DNA of 64,000 bases from Tricharina praecox (lineage: Eukaryota), in the NCBI RefSeq assembly GCF_024521635.1, contig NW_026250411.1, positions 868,001 through 932,000 on the forward strand, written 5' to 3'. Position numbers and translations under genes: made by a program. Below the pieces are notes generated by a model that was not told the origin of the DNA, ran no database searches, and was given only the letters and a program-made list of their open reading frames with translations. Positions 32,449 through 46,200 of this stretch are shown here, in pieces (positions within the stretch are counted from its first letter, which is position 1; each line of letters opens with the position of its first letter).

Positions 32449-35400
32449 TAAGTACTCATTAGGTCCACCCGGTTTAGATATGCGGCGAATGATTTGGTCT
32501 CTTATGCTTTAGTTAGTTCACTCGTTACTGAAAGCGAATGATGTTGTAATTACATACCTAGTTGCAAATAAGTGGGGACGTTTGGTGTAATAGGGTAGCC
32601 ATGATTGCCAGGACAAGTCCGTTTTGCAATCTTTTCGGAATATGATGATGCCGAGGCGGATGCAGGTGCGAGCATAGGTAGATCAGATGAAGCGATTTCA
32701 TCTACATCAGCGTTTTGTAGGTTTGTTATGTACTTTCCCTCCATGAAGGTGGAATACGTAAAGATCGTCCTCTCATCAGTAGTTATGCACGATATTTACA
32801 GCCAACAGCAACAGTGGTACCCACGCTAAGATTATGTGGCCCTGTGTTATCCCGTCACTCGGCGAGCTCAAGCGTCAACGTCACGATTCCAAGGGCACAT
32901 TGATGATTGGCAAGACAGTGCGCAGCCGCCCCGATTCGGTACTTAACAGCCATAGCGTAGGAAGGTATGCTACATTACAACCTCCCCCGAGTTCTACATT
33001 GACCTGTCAAAACGGAAGTAGGTAGTTACCTAATGTATGTACCTAATGTACCAAGTAATGTCATTCACGGGTTGTTATTCCAGAAAGAAAGCTGCCTCTA
33101 AACGTGCCTTCTAGGTCTCAATGTATAGACATAATGTTTCCACTGTCGAGAATGAGAGTGGTGGACCCAGCGCCGCCGCCGCCGCCGCCGGAAGAGGATC
33201 ATGAGCGATAACTCGCTTAGCTGGGAATCTTGGTGCGCCAAAAAGTGGGCACCGAGAACTGATTATTTTTTCCGCAACGATGGGTAGAACTCATCGTCAC
33301 CGTGCCGCTGCGCCGTAGGGAGTCATTCGCTCCACAGCATAGAGTTACGACTGTCATCACGTGTGGGCAGAGTGAGAGGCCGGCGCGAGACAAGGTACCT
33401 AGAACATGGATTCGAGCGCCAAAAGGTTGGTAACGAAGGAAGAACAACTCCATCGGCAGATCTAGGTACCGCACTGGTTGCGCCGCGTGATGGTCTCTGA
33501 ATGTTGATATATATGTCTTCCGGTCGTGGGCAGTTACAGGCTGAAGTTTTGGAACCGGCCGCTAGCGAAATCAAGGAGGAACATCTACATACGGAAAACA
33601 GTATATCACTAATCGCCAGACAAACAGGCAGCGGTTATGGTGCCTCACAAGCGGCAAGGGAAACGGGCGGCTCTTTCACAGTGGTGCGCACGCGGCTGTC
33701 CGACGGTGGACGTCGGCACCCTTAGCGACGCGTTACGTGCACACGCCGAGCGGGCGCCAGAGCCGGGGCTTTTAGGGCAATCAGCCACGATAACTGTTAC
33801 GAAGTCTCCGACGCTATGAACATAAGTACCAGCAAACTCGACAGCCGTACATAGCAACGTCTCCAACGCTGCCGGAAACTACTTACCTAGTGACAATATC
33901 TAGTTTATCCCCACTAAACCTATATACTCTACAGCACGCATGAGTCAGGGTAAACAGCTCATTGGGATTTGCTGACGAGTAACTGCGAGCGAAAGAAGAC
34001 CAAGAAGCTAGACATGTACCTACCTGTAGTCGAGATGAGCTTCATCGCGGATCTTGGATAATGCTATCTAGGTACGTGGTCGACAGAATCTAGAGTCTAA
34101 ATGGCACTTGGGGCAGAACCGGCGACTTCACCCCAACGGCAAGTGAGCACGGCCGCACCACCAGCCATAAACTTCCAGCTCGATAGCACTCTGTGCGGTA
34201 CCTATCAGGTGGCCGTGCTGGTGTGGTTTTGGGCAATTCGTCAGGCGCTCCGAAGAATCTAAAGCACCTACCGGTCAGTGTCACCCCATAGGCCCAGATG
34301 GCCGCCGGGCAACGACCGCAACTGGGTGCTGGAGAGCTAGGTATCACAGAGGATCACTCACTTCCACCGCTGCCAGATCCAAGTTCTACACTGAATGGCT
34401 CCATCGTGTAGTAGCCTATGTACCAGTTATCAGTGATCGCCAAGGAGCATGTCGTCAACCTCATGATGCGGAGACGCCCGTGCACTGAACCTTGCTCCAT
34501 TGATCGAAACCTGTTGCTCCCAGGTAACTATCTTTTACCTTTTATGGAAGCCAGTAACGTGACCGCGTGCCACGACACGAGCCCATCGCTTCTTTGCACT
34601 TGAGTCGCGAGCTTCACGTTAACGTCGCATACCTACCTCCTACCTAGTACGGTACCAGGTAGGTATTTGTCGTGAGGCCTTCCGCGAACATTGAACCCCG
34701 GATTCGTGGGACAGTCAGTGAAGACAATCCCGCCTGGAATGTCCATCCGAGACTCCACGCCTTGCGCTGTGTCGTGCGGATCGATCGTCGGCAGCACAGA
34801 GTTCGGAGCGGGATGGAGCCCGCTCACGCTCACGTGGTATGACGCAACCATCCACGCACCCGATCGTGCACGGATGCCGTCGCTGTCTCACCGTTGAACC
34901 CCTCGCAGAACGCGTCTTCCACCTGCACTTGAAACAGGCAGTGTCGATCAGCTAGAATCCCAACTCGAGATTTTTCGTCCGTCCGGATTGCGGCTCCGAC
35001 CGCCAATGGTGCTTCTGTACCCACCTAATGCTGGAGATACTTCTATGTGTACCCGTTAACTATAGCTAGTATTCCCACCACCGATCGAGAATCCGAACGC
35101 GCTCCTCCGCACGCAACGCTCCTGAGCCCCGGATTCGTTTCGCGAAGACCGACGGATCCCGGGACACACTGCATCTGCGATGATGTACGGACCGAACGTA
35201 TGGGACCTCGTCCTTGTCCGCGTACCTCGCATCGCACGGCAACAACGCAGCTGCTAAGAGTACATGCATCCGCGCACGACCGGCGGAGTTCAACCGGTAG
35301 GCTCACGAGTCACGAGCATACAGCAGGATCTGCCGGTACGGTACCGGAAGGAACACAACAGCAGTCGAGCTGCAGAACACAACCATAACTACGTGCAAGC

Positions 35401-37645
35401 ATGGTGATGGGAGCGCCAACCAGGTGCGGAATTCGAAACCACCGTCCGGTGAAGTGCAGCTTGTGCGATGCGGACGGAATCCCCATGCGTTCTGAATAGA
35501 GTACCGGTATACATAATACATACCACGGTCCACGGTCCACCGTCCACGCGCAGCAGGGAATGTCTCTGTGCAATTGGAAAGTGCGATTGGTACGCAACGT
35601 GCAGGTGCAATGGTAGGGCGAGTCTGCGTTGCGAGCGCCCAGTCGTTAGAGCATAGTTACATGATAGTATCATAAGAAACTCCTCGAAATTCTCATATTC
35701 ACGGCACGTAAACACCCCGGATCTCCACGGGTAGGTGGAGTGTATGCTCGCCGTAGCATACCAGAATCCAGATAGAGTAGGTGTCGATGCCGGGCTGGTG
35801 CATGCCCTCCACTTGAAGGCGTGTCTAGTCGTAACACGTAAAGTATATGAAGGCGTGCAAAAGCCCTCGCCGCTGCACGCCCATCTCCTGAAGGAACGTG
35901 GAGTCCTCCTTCCATCGCACAGACGTGTAAAATCGACCGCCGCGTGGAACGCCTCACAGCCCGCCGCCATCAGGGTGCCCGAAAAGCCACTGTTCAAAAC
36001 CGCGCGGCAGTGGCGTACACTCACGTCGATATCCATGATCCATCTCCTAGGTATCCGATCATCTACTCGCAAGGCTCGGAGCTTAACCGGTTTGTCAGCC
36101 AAAGGATGATCTGATAAACAGATATCGGAGACTTGGATGTACTACCTAGTAGTTAACTCCGCGCGCCGACTCTCAAACAGGTGTCTACCGAGTGATGCTT
36201 TGGATTGTTTTCTGTTTCATCATACCTACTCGCATTCAGTACATCTAGACTATGGGGCGCATAGTTTTCAAGCCGTGTCCACAGTCCAGATAGCTGGCTG
36301 GTGTGGCAAACCGTGGCCTCCGCCCTGGGTAAAAGTGATACACTGAGTCTACCTATCCAACTTCCAAAGCTCCAGGGCCCGAGCTGGGCCTACCGAGCGA
36401 AGCTAAAGTTCCGAGAGCACACCACGGGTACTCATGTACTGTGTCCGAGTGATGTACAAAGTGCCGATGCGTGCTGTCAACATGTCGCTGAGGCGGAGAT
36501 ACGGTAGGTAGTGATGTTGTATTACTTTGTGTCGAGGATGAGTGGCTACCGTGGGGATGGAACTTCGTATAGAATGCACAACCGCTCTGCACTCATAGTT
36601 CTACGGACTCAATGCTAGGTACCATGTAGAGTACATACCTCTAATATCCCGACTCCCTACTAGAATGTCCCGGCGTCTACAACCCTCGTCTCGCCGTATC
36701 CAATTCACCTCCACCTGAAGAAGAGGTTGACGTCCGTATGCTCCGAGTAGGTAGGTCTCCACCCGTCTCCGCATCCTGGACGTCTGCTTCCTATTCCCAA
36801 CCCTCCCCCGCACCTCCGCACCTCCGCGCTTTCTGGCTCCTTCTCGTCTTATTCAGCACCGATGGTTGTCGGAATGGTGAGCGGTTTACGCGTCGTCGAT
36901 TCGCCGCCATCAAAGCTCATCGCTAACTACCGAAGCTCTGGCCGCAAGTGGGTAAGAATCCAATCCCACGTGCCGTCGCTATCGCCGTCGCCGCTGCGGT
37001 CGCTGTCAGGCGCAGCAGGATCCCAGACGGAAAAACACAAGTGAGGCAAATTGAGCGCAAGTTGCCGCTGCGCTTGTGGTTCATGTGGTCGTGTGGTGTG
37101 GTGGCTAACCAGTTACCCATCACAAGTCAGCCCCCCAATTGAAAACCAGCGCCCATCTCTAGAGTCTAGCACCCGCCGCCCTGGGTCTGGAGAGTGCTAT
37201 ATGTGGAAGAGTCGGTCCAGAGTTGGTTTTGTCCGGGGGATCTCAATTCGGTGGCGCACACACATCCTGCCTACTCTCCTCCGAAACCGATACCTACCTC
37301 TACCTGCCTACCTGCTTCTCTACTCACCGCCTACTCACCACCTACTCACCTACATCCTTACTCATCTTCCTACATCATCTACAAGTGAGTAGCAGAAGAA
37401 GAAGTATTTAGACTGGCTGTGCCTGGAATCTTGACATTCCTTCATTGAAGGAGGTTTTCCAGTTCGTATCCAACTACTCTGCTGTTGCCGCCCCCGCGCT
37501 CAGACCTCCAGCATTCTTCTGAACCTCCTTCGATTCCCAGCACCCGACAACACCACACACACACTCCCCCATCACGTCACGGCGCGGCGTTTCGAGACGA
37601 ACCGGCTGAACACCACGATCCACGACTCCTACAGCGACAACCACC

Positions 37646-40600
37646 ATGACAACAATGGGCGACCCGCCCAGCGGTTCTCCGCCTCTAAATGATGTCAGCT
37701 CATCGCCGATACTGCGCTACACTCGCTACTACTACCCGCTAGTACTGTTCCTCTTCTTTACCATCTCCCTCGGCGTCTGGGGAATAGCAACGTCGGAATC
37801 GTCGAAACCGACGCCGCCGCCAGTAAACGGTATCTACGAGAATGGACGGGCGTCGAAAAAGAAGGAGCGCAAACCGTCGGGGCCGACGCTGTTCAGGCGA
37901 CTCGCAGCGCGCTTTCCGGGCGGAATACAGCAGCAGGAGGCGTCGGATGTGCGGCGATTGGGCGATCTGCGCAAGGCATTCATGAACTGGCTGTTGGGAG
38001 GTGTTTTGGCCACGCTTATGGCGAATGCTACGAACGTCATCGTGCACACACTGCTGGACCACAGCTGGTGGTGCGGCAAGGACTATGTGGTACGCGACAA
38101 TCTGTCTTTTGGGGGGCGGCGGGGGGGTTCTCTTTGAGAACTGGTTGCGAATCTGTTACCACTGGTGTTTGCGTGCGCGTGCTGACTTGTGCGGTGTGCG
38201 TGTCTTTTTCGCTAGATTTCCAACATCGCCCGCTTCTTTACGTACGCGCTACTCCTGATCTCGCAGATCGATGCCCGGCTGAATCCTACCTTTCCGCATT
38301 TCTTCACCTGGATGCTTGGGCTCGCTGGTGAGATTCTGTTGGTGGTGGCAAGGATCACGGCATACAAGGCGCACCAACAGAAGAAACACCCGGGAGGAAA
38401 GCACCAAATCAAATGGGGATCCTATGAGATCGTGGATATCTCGATCGACATGCTACGGACTTGCATCCTGCTAATCCTGATCGTCACGTACCTTGCTCTG
38501 ATTGTGATCCCCAGTCCGGTTTCCCAGCGGGGTGATGCGGAGGAGACAACCGGGCTGCTTGCGAACGGAAACGGCACCGAATCCGACGGCGAACAACCAG
38601 CGTACGGCTCAATCCCCTCCAAAAAGAACGGGCTTTCGGAATCAAAAGTCCCCGCTGGATGGGGGCGGAGAACAAATGTTGGGAAGCAAAGCTGGTGGGA
38701 GTACCTAAGAGGCTATGCTATTTTCTTCCCCTACTTGTGGCCCAGCAAGGATCGGCGGTTACAGATCGTGATGATTCTCTGCTTCATCTTGGTAACGCTT
38801 CAGCGCGGAATCAATGTCGCGGTGCCTCACCAGTTGGGGCGGGTGACGGATATTCTCAGTGGCGAGGATGGCCCGCGTAAGTGCAGCAATCAATCTGTGT
38901 GGCGAACAATTTCAGCTGACGAACCCTCTAGCGCGTCTTCCATGGGACCAGATTCTGTTGTACATCATGTACCGGTTCCTACAGGGTAATATGGGTTTGC
39001 TCGGCGCGGCTCGAAGCGCCCTCTGGATACCGATCGGCCAGTACTCGTACCAGGCGCTTTCGACGTCGGCTTTCGAGCACGTCCATTCGCTGTCCTTGGA
39101 TTTCCATCTGGGAAAGAAGACGGGAGAGGTTCTCAGCGCTCTCAGCAAAGGTAATGCGATCAACAATTTCCTGGAGCAAGTGACATTCCAGGTCGTACCA
39201 ATGCTGGTGGATTTAGCCGTGGCTGTTGCATATTTCATGATCAAGTTTGATGCGTAAGGGACACTACCACACCACCGTCAACATCGAGGTCAATCGTGCT
39301 GACAAGGGAGGTTTAGGTACTATGCCCTCATCGTCGCCATTGTTACATTTGTGTATCTCTACCTCACTGTGCGCCTGGCACAATGGCGTGCCGATATCCG
39401 TCGCGAGATGGTCAACATGTCACGAGAGGAGGACGCAGTCAAGAACGACTCCATGATTGCGTACGAGACGGTCAAATACTTCAATGCCGAAGATTATGAA
39501 TTCGGACGATACAGGAATGCGGTCAGAGCATACCAGAAGGCTGAGTACAGGGTGCTCCTGTCGCTTAACGTCATGAACGTCTCGCAGAACGTCGTCTTCA
39601 CCCTCGGATTGCTGATAGCCTGCTTCCTCGCCGCCTACCAAGTAAACCAGGGAGATATCAAGGTTGGAAGATTCGTGGCACTATTGACATACCTTGCCCA
39701 GCTGCAGGTGAGACAGCTCGTTGGATCTTGTGCGATGTAACGGTCCGTAGGTGCTGACGCAGATTCGGTGGATAGGGTCCGCTCAATTTCTTCGGCACGT
39801 TTTACCGCAGCATCCAGTCTTCTATGATCAACTCGGAACGCATGCTGGAACTGGTAAGTGCCGACCTGACTGCTGTTTTACTTACTGGGACATTTCGGTT
39901 GACATCTTATCTAGTTCAAAGAGCAGCCAACCGTCGTCGACAAGCCAGGAACCAAGAAATTGGACGTCTGCAACGGCGAAATCCGGTTCAGGGACGTCGA
40001 GTTTTCCTACGACAACCGCAAGCAGGCCCTCAAAGGACTCGATTTTCTCTGCAAGCCCGGAACTACCACGGCATTCGTCGGAGAGTCTGGTGGAGGAAAG
40101 ACCACTATTCTTCGATTGCTCTTTAGGTTCTACGCAGCGCAAGCAGGCTCCATTGAGGTTGACGGCCACAACGTCGAAGATATCACGATCAATTCGCTGC
40201 GAGAGCACATTGGCGTGGTACCTCAAGACACCGTGCTGTTCAACGAAACCATCATGTACAACTTGAGATACGCGAATCCCGAGGTCACGGACGAGATGGT
40301 ATATGACGCCTGCAGAGCCGCCAGTATCCACGACAAGATCCTTACGTTTTCGGACGGATACAATACTCGTGTGGGAGAGCGTGGACTTCGGCTTTCCGGA
40401 GGAGAGAAGCAGCGTGTCGCCATTGCGCGCACCATTCTCAAGAACCCCAAGATTATTCTTCTGGACGAGGCGACTGCGGCTCTGGATTCGGAGACGGAGC
40501 AGCACATCCAGGCTGCACTTAAGGAGCTTGCCAAGGGCCGCACCATGCTCGTTATCGCCCATCGCCTTTCTACCATCATCGCCGCGGATCAGATCCTCTG

Positions 40601-41075
40601 CATTCACGAAGGCAAAGTCGCCGAGGCCGGCTCGCACGACGAATTAATAGCCCTCAACGGACGGTACAAGGGCATGTGGAGCAAGCAGATCCGGGCACAA
40701 AAGGTTGAGAAGGCGAAAGCGCGTCTGGAGGAGAGCCCTGACACACCGATGATCTCCTCCACGTCATCGTCGGTGTCGGGCGACAACGGCTCAGAGCGGG
40801 CCATCCCAGACGGCCAGAACACGGCGGGCGCCGCACCAGCCATGGAACCCACCGAGATCACGCCGGCCACTAGAGACGCCGAGGATGTGTTTGATAACCT
40901 GCCGTCGGGCGCGTCTACTCCCGGTAATGGAGGGGAGTCGTCATCCGCGGGACTTAAAAGGAGCGGCAGCGGCGCGTCCATCGAGAAGGGGCGCTGGAGC
41001 GCAAAAGGTCTGAGGAAAGCCCTCGGCAAGAAGGGTGGCATCTTGCACAAGCGCGGTCCTAGCACCGACGCATAA
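37646..41075 (+). CDS. HMT1: Heavy-metal-tolerance half-size ABC transporter (HMT1/ABCB6 family, 1018 aa); join(37646..38089,38216..38876,38932..39253,39317..39707,39776..39853,39915..41075)
   Basis: N-terminal membrane extension, FPYLWP, HSLSLDFHLGKKTGEV, YETVKYFNAE, GPLNFFGTFYR, Walker A GESGGGKTT, signature LSGGEKQR, ILLDEAT, IAHRLST. Five GT-AG introns keep the frame. Confidence 0.95.
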
Positions 41076-42780
41076 TCCCCATAAAGATACGCACACGACG
41101 ATAATGATTGACGACGTGATGGGCTAGAGTTAGGAAGCCCGATTATTTTTACACAAAAGCGTGAGAATGGGGGTGGTGGATGAGAGGGGGGATATTACAT
41201 TGAGTACCTAGGATCGGCTGGCTGGCTAGAGGTGATTTGTAATTGAGGTTATTCAATTCGCATCCCGGTCGGTTACGTACGTACGTAGTCCGTTCGTCTT
41301 TATTGTGCGGTCCTCTCTCTCTCTCTTCCTTTGTGTAATCTCACGTGGCGGGTGTGTGCTCGGTGATGGAGGATGGAGGATGCAGGATGGAGGATGCAGG
41401 ATGGAGGATGGGAATTTTGCTTCTATGGGCGTAGGGGTTTGGGGGCTCTGGATACCTGTCGATTGTTTATCTGTCATTGTTTTTTTTTTTTTTTGAGCGG
41501 AGGGTGGAGGGCAGTCAGTCAGTACTCGTACATAGCATATACCATTTAGTTAGGACCTTTTTTAGTATTACAACACGGAAACAGTGGAGCATGATCAAGA
41601 CCAGACGCCGTCGCTTCAACCATGGGACGTAAGTCATCGTTATCCACAACCACGGTTTTCGTCGGAAGTTGCAGGTTGTATTTTCTCACCGCCATCCTCT
41701 ACCATAGTTCGTTGCCAGCCATCCTATCGCCCTTGCCGGAAGGCTACAAAGTCCAGGCGTCCGAAGGAGCGATGAACTGGATCCTGGCCGAGTGACGAAG
41801 CTGCCGTAACTAGTCGTAGTCACATAATATCACTCGGCCAAGTAGGTAATCGATCGTTTTCCCTATGTACCGTCGAAGATACTTTCGCCATACCTAGTCT
41901 AGAGAGGCTGCATGCGAAATCAAACAGGAAGATCTCTCTCTCTCTTTCCGTCGAAGATATAGCCCTTCCACCTTACTGCCGGTAGTTATCTAATGCAGCC
42001 GTGTTGAAGGGTTGAAGGCTTGAAGGCTTGAAGCAGAGTTTTGTGATTCGGTTGATCCACTGAATCAATGATCGACTACACGGGTTCACGCGATGAAATC
42101 GCCTCTGCTCTTCTTGATCCGCCGGTTCCGCTTTTGCGCGCGCACCATCTACCGTGGCGGCGTTCTATAGCTACTATCGCACTGCCGGGGTCGCTCCGGC
42201 CGATCGGAGCTACAGAATGTAGCTCTTTCTCCCACCTCGCCCCCGCGACATCCCGAACACCGCCGCCATCGCCGCCCGGCTTCGCAAGACATCAGGTACA
42301 TATATTGGCAGCAGGTGGTTACCCGAGCGAGAGGGGAATGAAAAAAACTCTCGTACTATCCTGTTGTATGTATGTACGGCGAGTCGGCGACTTGCGTGGA
42401 AATTGAATTATGACAGCGCACTCGGTGGCCGATCGGCTTGGTGCCGGTCCCGATCCTAGCCCAGGCCCGGTCCCGGCGCAGGCTCGCAAGCACCTGCCTA
42501 GGCTTCAGGGTTCTTCCAGCCGAAGACGTGGTGTCGGGGTACTGCCCCGCCTATCAGTACATATATACCGGTACGTCCAGTGGAGGAGGACAAGGACGAG
42601 GACGAAGCGCCGCCGCCGACGCACGCGGGAACACCCCATCAAAGGCTGCACGCGCTGAGTGGAAGCACCGAGTGGAAGCTTCAAGCGCCAGTAGAAAATC
42701 CAGCAGAAAATCCTGCGGGCAGAGATTCGGAAAAGGAGACGGGGAGGACATCCTAGAATTACGGGTCCCGCCGTCCCGAA

Positions 42781-42896
42781 GGTCGCTGTGGAAGATGCAG
42801 CAGCCTGCGGGTGAGGTGGTCGGTTGGGTGGGAGCTCGGTCGCTGCGGAAGATGCAGTAGTCTGCGGGTGAGGTGGCTGGCCGGGTGGGAGCTCCG
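42781..42896. repeat. Imperfect ~58-bp tandem duplication
   Basis: GGTCGCTG(T/C)GGAAGATGCAG.AG.CTGCGGGTGAGGTGG…GGGTGGGAGCTC twice. Confidence 0.85.
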
Positions 42897-43019
42897 CGAG
42901 CGTGAAGAGAGACAGGCGAAGAGAAGGCGAGAAGAGGTCCCACGCCCCCCGAGTGGTATCTCCTGGTGAAGAGGTAACCAGTGAATCCACCAAAGGCAGC
43001 GTCCTGCGGATGTAGGCAT

Positions 43020-43290
43020 GCCACTTTTGCGAGGGCTCTTTGCCAATGCCTCTCTAGGCCTGACGAGAAAGGAGGTGTACACAGAGGAGAGAGAGGATAT
43101 TGGGGGGTTTGCCGTCTATTTGATAGGTTATCAAGAAAGAAGAAGAAGAAGACCCCCGCTTTCCCACCAACGTTGATTCCCACCAACGTTGATGCCCACT
43201 ACTAACCACATTGGGTTTCTCCCGCCGACAGGTGTTCTCCTTCACTTCCTCCTCTCCCCGAAAGCTCCTCCCCTCCCCGACAGCTCCTCC
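43020..43290 (+). repeat. Dispersed repeat, homologous to 9170-9425 (minus)
   Basis: Block-wise alignment with the reverse complement of 9170-9425. Confidence 0.85.
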
Positions 43291-46200
43291 ATCACTTCCT
43301 CCTCTCACCGACAACTCATCTTCACACCAAAAATTCCTCCTCCTCTCGCTAACAGTTCCTTCTTCACTCAGCTATACCACAATGGGCTGACGTGATCTCA
43401 GTGCATCTATAGTACATACCGGACTGGAAACTTGATTGTACCGTGGGGTTATTGTCGGTATTTTTATTGCTAGGGGCATAGTTACGCTGGATGTTGATCC
43501 CCCGCGACGCGAGATAATGCTAACAGAAGGCAGAAAGGGGAGATCTGGAGAGGATAGGGCTCCTGCAGGCCAAACTGCCGCTCGAATTTTGCAGGCTACC
43601 GGGTCGTGGCCTGAAGTAGCGAGTGATCGGACATGTACTGGCATCGCGATGACACTTGTCTTGTCTCCCGCTGACAGGTCGTACATGCGCCGTTGACCTA
43701 TCCCGACGACGTTACCTGTACTGATTCCTGCGACCCGGAGGTAAGGAAGTGAAGCATCACAGTCGAGATCCCGAAGTATCCACACATGGCGAGTCCAGGT
43801 GACAAGGGAGCGTTCGCAACTCTTATGAGTTACCACGGAGCCTCGAGAGCTCATTTATGATTTGACGCGCACTGGACGGCGGGGTCGAGCTACCTATTGG
43901 ACCGACGTTAGCAGTCCGTCCCCGAGCACGAGTCAGACTGCGACGGTCAGCCGGCTCAGCAGTCCGTTCCCGACCCCCGGCTCCGACTTCGCACGTCGAC
44001 CGAGTTCTTACTTGCAAGCGCACGGGCTCTCACTCGCGCAGATTGCGCCGAGGCGAATGGTATTTGCTATTTCATTTTCTACGGTGATTACTACGGCAAT
44101 TCCATCAGCAATGGGTTGACTACGTAGGTATGTGCTTGTAGAGGGACATCCGTCCGCCGGCGCTCGCTCCGTCCACCGGCGGGGGAAACCAATCGCCAAG
44201 TCTTCGTCGATGTTCACGGCGCACCCGCGCGCGATTGGACAGGTGTGGATATCGGTGCCGTCGATAACACCCCCGCAAGGCAGGGCCGTACCTATCTACC
44301 TCGCTAGGAAGGAAAACAACTCAATTCTTCGCCCCCTTAGGTAGTTATCTCGAGTCTCCCCTCCGTCCAGTCTTTGGTTCTCTATCTCTCTCTCGTTCTT
44401 CCATTCGCAGCCCGTCCGACTCCGCAGAGCCTACATACGTAGCAAGCAGCCCACTAACTAGCGCAGATCCCGGGTTTCGACGTTCGTCGCAGCCGCGTCG
44501 CGGATTGGACGATAGCCATCTAGCTGTGCGCACTGCTGAACGATACGATCGCCTCCGTCCGGCCACTACTCCAGTTACTGGCTGGAGAACGCCGCTAAAA
44601 TATAAAAGCGAGCGAGCACAAGCATGGGCACGGGCACCACCACGATCACGAGCACGAGCACGGGGACTGGCACGGGCAAATGGGCAACGTCGTCGTCGTG
44701 GTCGTCGCAAGGGCAGGTGCGGGGTTTGCAGTACCTATGTATGTACGTACATGTACCGGCACGTACGTGGGGTAAAACGAACTGGGGCCGCGCCAGGCTG
44801 AAACGGACGAGTCACAGTGGGTGTTTGGAGATGCGCCGGCTGGGCTGGGCTGGCGGGGAAAAAATATGCATGTGTGTACATACTTTTTTTTGGCTAACGC
44901 GCTGGCACGACAGGTAAAGAAAGCTCCGCGGCGTGATCACTCACTCACTCGAGGGAATAGTTTTACCCCGCAGTCAGTTCACTGGACCCACGGGCCCGCA
45001 TGACGAGGGAAAAGACGGAAAAGCACCCCGCGTGCACTCAATTGAGCCCTGTACGGTTGCGGTTCTCCGGGCGGGCAGAGAGGGGAGTGCGACTGCGTGC
45101 TTTCACCTCGTCTGGTTTCGGGGTGCGATGTTCTTTCGTCCTATGATACACCGCCCCACCAACACCAAATATCTGGCAGTGGGATATCTGTATCGCTGTG
45201 GGATGAGCTAGATTCTAGCTCCATGCCTGAGATATTATGTCTGCGCTATCGATATTGTATCGCCAGGTGGAATAGATTCGGTATGTAGGTGCTCTACAAA
45301 CCAAATCGTGCTGCGTTGCGGTGCGTTGCGGTGCGTTGCGGAAACGGACGGGATGGACGGCGACAAGAATAACAACAAAAATAGCCTACCAGCCAGCCAC
45401 CACGTTGATGACGGACTCCGGCCCAGCATCATGGCCATCTCTTTTATACATACTTACCTACCTACGTGCGTTAGGGTAGGTACACGTTTTGTGGATCATA
45501 CCGTACCGTGCTGGATGTTTCGGTATTTGTATCTACATAGTGGCAAGTGCGGATTTCGAACCCGACCGCTGAGATATGGTGAAGTACTTATGTAAAGTAA
45601 AAACGAGGCAACCAAGTCCCGTAGATATATTGCCTCGTAGTATGACGCAGCCAGCAGCCGATTCCGCTCGTTCAATAGGCACAGCGAAACCCAATCGTCA
45701 CCACCACCACCACCACCAAGGAGAGTGGTTATTATAGGTAGTAGGGTCCCGAAACAAAGAGAGGATGATCATAATGATCTGCCCTGCCCTGCCAGGCTGC
45801 CAGCGTATGCTATGCTATGCTATGTACGAAGGGGTAGGTAGGTTTTGATATTACATTACACTACCTATAGTAGTACCTACTGAAGCCCATCATGCGTGAG
45901 ATCACCGATGGTCATGGCTCCTGGCTCCCCCGTATATTGGGGCAACATAGGTGAAAGGGAACTACCTATCGAAAATCAGGGTGGGTGGGGTGTTTGTATG
46001 TAGACGGTAGTAGAGTAGTATAGTAGTAATAGTAGGTATCGCGGAATGGAAAAGCTTGTGGTTGTCATCTAGGATTCTGGGTACGTGGATATATCATATC
46101 ATATGCAGTGGGCCAACCGTTACAGCCCACGGTTGTACTATTGCTTGTAATTTGCCCCCGAGTCCCTCCACAGAATACCGTTCCTTTCTGATATCTCAAA

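Noticed and set aside
34030..34080. GATCTTGGATAATGC as a possible TPP riboswitch core
   Set aside because: Lacks the CTGAGA junction and pairing stems, and no thiamine gene is nearby.
39882..40637. 251-aa antisense ORF within HMT1
   Set aside because: Typical antisense shadow of an ABC nucleotide-binding domain.
21323..41075. ENA1 + HMT1 as a dedicated ion/metal-resistance cluster
   Set aside because: Both are ordinary conserved fungal genes, 12.7 kb apart with unrelated sequence between; nothing in the sequence indicates co-regulation or mobility.
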